Below, one piece after another: positions 26,982 to 30,071 of a stretch of 30,071 nucleotides of DNA. The notes beneath the pieces were generated by a model. It did no database searches, was not told the origin of the DNA, and saw only the letters and a list, made by a program, of their open reading frames with translations. The stretch is from Promethearchaeota archaeon (GTDB taxonomy: Archaea; Asgardarchaeota; Lokiarchaeia; Sigyniarchaeales; SOKP01): NCBI GenBank assembly GCA_019058365.1, contig JAHPZE010000040.1, positions 1-30,071 on the forward strand, given 5' to 3'. The position numbers were made by a program, and so were the translations under genes. Each line of letters begins with the position of its first letter. The stretch's first letter is position 1.

Positions 26982-28418
26982 ATGAGAATGCCTAATATAG
27001 AGAAATTAATTCAAAAAAAAAATGTTAAAGGTTTAATAAAAGCTTTAAAGGATTTAGATAATTTTGTTAGAACAAAAGCAGCATTAACTCTAGGGAAAAT
27101 CGGAGATTCAAGGGCAGTAGACCCACTCATTCGAGCTTTAAAGGACGAAGATGAAAAAGTTCGCAAGGGGGCATCCTTGGCTCTTAGAGTAATTGGAAAA
27201 TCTGCGGTGGAGTCACTCCTTCGAATTTTGGATAATTTAGATGAAACTAATGAAATTCGAAGGAATGTAGCGAACATTCTTAGAGAAATCGAAGATCCAA
27301 GAGCAATAGAACCATTCATTCGGGCTTTAAAGGATAATGATAGAGAAGTTCGAAGGGAAGCAGCAAGATTTCTTAGGAAAATTGGGGATCCGAGAACAGT
27401 AAAACCATTCATTCAGGCTTTAAAGGATTTTGATGGAGAAGTTCGAAGGGAAGCAGCGGGAGCTCTTAGGGAATTTGGGGATCCGTTGACAGTAGAACCT
27501 CTCATTCGAGCTTTAAAGGACGAATATGGAGAAGTTCGAAGGGAAGCAGTAGAAGCCCTTGGGAAAATTGGGGATCTGAGAGCTGTAGAACCTTTCATTC
27601 GAGCTTTAAAGGATAGCAATAGAGAAGTTCGAAGGGAAGTAGCAGAATTTCTTAGGAAAATTGGGGATCCGAGAACAGTAGAGCCATTCATTCGAGCTTT
27701 AAAGGATTTTGATGGAGAAGTTCGAAGAGAAGCAGCAGAAGCTCTTGGGAAAATCGGGGATCCAAAAGCTGTAGAATCATTAACTCAAGCTTTAAAGGAC
27801 GAATATGGATATATTAGAAGTGAAGCAGCGGAAGCCCTTGGGAGAATCGGGGATCCAAGAGCTGTAGAATCATTAACTCAAGCTATAAAGGACGAAGATA
27901 CAGATGTTCGTTATAAATCAACAGGAGCTCTTAGGAAAATTGGGGATCCGAGGGCTATAGAACCACTTATTCGAGCTTTAGAGGACGAATATGGACATAT
28001 TAGAAGAGAAGCAGCAGAAGCCCTTGGGGAAATCGTGAATCCAAGGGCAGTAGAACCACTTATTCAAGCTTTAAAGGATGTAGATATACCTGTTAGAATG
28101 AAAGCAGCAAAAGCCCTTGGGAAAATCGGAAATCCAAAGGCAATAGAACCACTCATTCGAGCATTAGAGAATGAATATGGATATATTGAAAGGGAAACCA
28201 TAGAAGCCCTTGGGGAAATCAGTGATTCAAGGGCAGTAGAACCACTCATTCGAGCTTTGAAGGACGAAGAAAAAGAAATTAGAAGTGAAGCAGTGAAAGC
28301 CCTTGGGAAAATCGGGGATCCAAGAGCTATAGAATCATTAACTCAAGCTTTAAAAGATGAAGATGATGAAGTTCGAAAGAAAGTAAGAGAGGCTCTCGGG
28401 AAAATTAAAAATTCATGA
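26982..28418 (+). CDS. HEAT-repeat (PBS lyase/alphaRep-type) protein, about 15 repeats of 31 aa
   Basis: Consensus DxxxxVRxxAAxALGxIGDPRAVEPLIxALK, recognisable as 93-nt DNA repeats. Confidence 0.92.
   Translation: MRMPNIEKLIQKKNVKGLIKALKDLDNFVRTKAALTLGKIGDSRAVDPLIRALKDEDEKVRKGASLALRVIGKSAVESLLRILDNLDETNEIRRNVANILREIEDPRAIEPFIRALKDNDREVRREAARFLRKIGDPRTVKPFIQALKDFDGEVRREAAGALREFGDPLTVEPLIRALKDEYGEVRREAVEALGKIGDLRAVEPFIRALKDSNREVRREVAEFLRKIGDPRTVEPFIRALKDFDGEVRREAAEALGKIGDPKAVESLTQALKDEYGYIRSEAAEALGRIGDPRAVESLTQAIKDEDTDVRYKSTGALRKIGDPRAIEPLIRALEDEYGHIRREAAEALGEIVNPRAVEPLIQALKDVDIPVRMKAAKALGKIGNPKAIEPLIRALENEYGYIERETIEALGEISDSRAVEPLIRALKDEEKEIRSEAVKALGKIGDPRAIESLTQALKDEDDEVRKKVREALGKIKNS
27051..28415 (+). 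repeat. Intragenic 93-bp tandem repeats with a 279-bp super-repeat
   Basis: Recurrent GAAGTTCGAAGGGAAGCAG and GCTTTAAAGGA. Block 27333-27611 (DNDRE/DFDGE/DEYGE) is echoed by 27612-27890 (DSNRE/DFDGE/DEYGY). Confidence 0.85.
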
Positions 28419-28552
28419 GTACAGAAACTATTCCATTAGAAATAGTCATTGCAAGTAAGGATTTTATTCAGTCTCTTTTCAATATTATTATAGTAAGAAC
28501 ATACCCATCTAACCTTTTTTAATTTTATTTCAAAAATCATTATGGAAATTAT

Positions 28553-29011
28553 TTAGATTACTTTACTGGTAATAAATTTACCAATAATTTTAACACATTC
28601 TATTATGAATTTTTTTAACGCTTTTTTCTTTCCTTTAGCGCTTGTATTTTTATATTCGCTGTATATCTCCGCTAATCTCTCCCAAGAAGTATTAAGATGT
28701 TCTCTTATATAATTTCCAAGATCAATTTGTTGTTCGCGCATCGTGTTTAATTTAATAAATAATATTTCTAGAAATATTTTTTGTGGTCGTTCTGGATATT
28801 TTTTAATATAAAGATCTATTGCTAAATTAACATCTTCGACTGATGCTTTTTCTCTTCTTGCTCTAATTGCGAATCTTATAGCCTCTTGGTTTATATGTTG
28901 AAAGTAAGGATGATCTATTATGTACTTTATTGTATTCTTATCAAATTTTTGATTATTTGGAAGATTTTGAAGGCCTAAAAATCTTTTAACAAAATTCTCT
29001 TCATTCTCCAT
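28553..29011 (-). CDS. Hypothetical protein with a segment resembling the AAA+ lid of PAN/Rpt or the histone-fold alpha2-L2-alpha3
   Basis: Residues 43-72, EAIRFAIRARREKASVEDVNLAIDLYIKKY; GAGGA upstream of the ATG. Confidence 0.7.
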   Translation of the reverse strand: MENEENFVKRFLGLQNLPNNQKFDKNTIKYIIDHPYFQHINQEAIRFAIRARREKASVEDVNLAIDLYIKKYPERPQKIFLEILFIKLNTMREQQIDLGNYIREHLNTSWERLAEIYSEYKNTSAKGKKKALKKFIIECVKIIGKFITSKVI

Positions 29012-29304
29012 TTTAGTCCTCTTTTTTGAGATACATATTTGGGATCATTTTTACTGCTTGAGATTGGATTCTCCTAAACTAATAAATTAGTAAGTATTCT
29101 CGTTTTATAAATTTGTCTAAATATTCAAAAAACTTTTCATAACAGCAAGATTAGAACTGAATCAATTGAGATAAATTTTTTGTGCTTTATTTTGTCATAA
29201 TATGAATAAAAATGTATAACTTATGTTTCAATATCAATATCCCGTAGAGATATTTTCCTAAAGCTTATGGCTTTAGGAATATCTTATTTAATAAAACAGA
29301 TTAT

Positions 29305-29471
29305 TTTTTCTTTTAATCTATAAAAATTTCCTTATTCCCTTAAAATTCCAAATTTTCTTATTCCCATTTTAAATATATCATTTTTACTTTTTCAATTGAC
29401 TCTATGATCTCCAGATTAAAATTAATTTTTACTTCTTAATTTGATTATGTCTTAATTGATATGATCAAATA
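29305..29471 (+). repeat. Direct repeat copy B (~167 bp)
   Basis: See copy A at 26515-26681. Confidence 0.9.
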
Positions 29472-30030
29472 AATAATCCTATAAAATTCAAAAGGGATTA
29501 TTTTTTTTAATTAAAAATTTTTTCATTCACCATTGAATCACTATAAAAACTATAATATAGATAGTTTAACCATAATTGATATTGGAATAATTTTATTTCT
29601 ATAAAAATCAACATATCTTTTTTGACGGGTTGACCATTATATGATCACATAATTAATGATATTAACATTTGTTGCGGATCACTTTTATCAATTAGATATT
29701 TATTAATTCGCCACTAAATAATAGCCAAACTAAGATAAAAGGCAATTTTGCCAAAATTAATATTTGAATAATGGTTATACCAACAAAAACATTTCATATT
29801 TTTACCATGATCAACCATTGAATGATCACAGATGATGGGCAATTTTTTATAATAAAAATTTTTTGTCGTGATTTTTTTTTTATTTAACTCTTCAAACTCT
29901 TCTGATTTGCCATAACATTTAAATAACTCTTCACATATTATATTATCTAAGAAACTTTACTAATAACTTCAAAAAAAATTAAAAATTTAAATTTTTAAAA
30001 TTTTGAATAAAAAAGTTGGAGGAATAAAAA

Positions 30031-30071
30031 ATGGCTAAAAAGAAACATTCTTTCGCATGGAGCCCAATTCG
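30031..30071 (+). CDS. 5' end of a probable archaeal histone (histone-fold) gene, cut by the window edge
   Basis: GGAGG at 30018-30022, then MAKKKHSFAWSPI(R). FAWSPIR matches the alpha-1 start I recall for Lokiarchaeal histones; only 13 complete codons are visible. Confidence 0.6.
   Translation, partial: MAKKKHSFAWSPI

Noticed and set aside
69-28249. Numerous short antisense or overlapping ORFs in the track (e.g. 69..272, 5587..5976, 7151..7438, 7559..7876, 8919..9442, 10498..10770, 14735..15145, 19901..20170, 23585..23803, 25803..26036, 27011..27691)
   Set aside because: They are shadows of well-supported genes on the opposite strand, with S/F/I-rich composition and no motifs.
27051-28415. 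93-bp repeats considered as a CRISPR array or a DGR template/variable region
   Set aside because: The repeats are in-frame coding units without unique spacers, and no cas or reverse transcriptase gene lies in the window.

Overview
AT-rich archaeal chromosomal window. The gene content points to an Asgard archaeon of the Lokiarchaeia type: archaeal ProRS and TFB, a two-domain gelsolin, a RING-finger protein beside a proteasome beta subunit, a DUF106/EMC3-TMCO1 insertase and the start of a Loki-type histone gene. Metabolic genes are a LarA racemase plus FAD-linked 2-hydroxyacid dehydrogenase operon, a three-gene GlpA-like glycerol-3-phosphate dehydrogenase operon, a PlsY/CTP-dependent lipid kinase fusion, a radical SAM enzyme, an aminotransferase and LysE. 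Four observations stand out. (1) A Zn-ribbon gene (15335-15709) is interrupted by an in-frame 30-nt, stop-containing hairpin with bulge-helix-bulge-like geometry; the paralogous domain on the gelsolin shows what the uninterrupted protein should read. (2) A 2.79-kb islet bounded by ~167-bp direct repeats sits just upstream of a non-catalytic psmB and a RING gene; it carries a ~15-repeat HEAT protein and a small protein resembling the Rpt/PAN AAA+ lid (or a histone fold). (3) The PlsY-kinase fusion lies near a G3P dehydrogenase operon. (4) Two micro-ORFs and a pseudogene are missing from the ORF track. No rRNA, tRNA, CRISPR array or transposase was recognised. All family calls come from motif recognition by eye, with no database searches.
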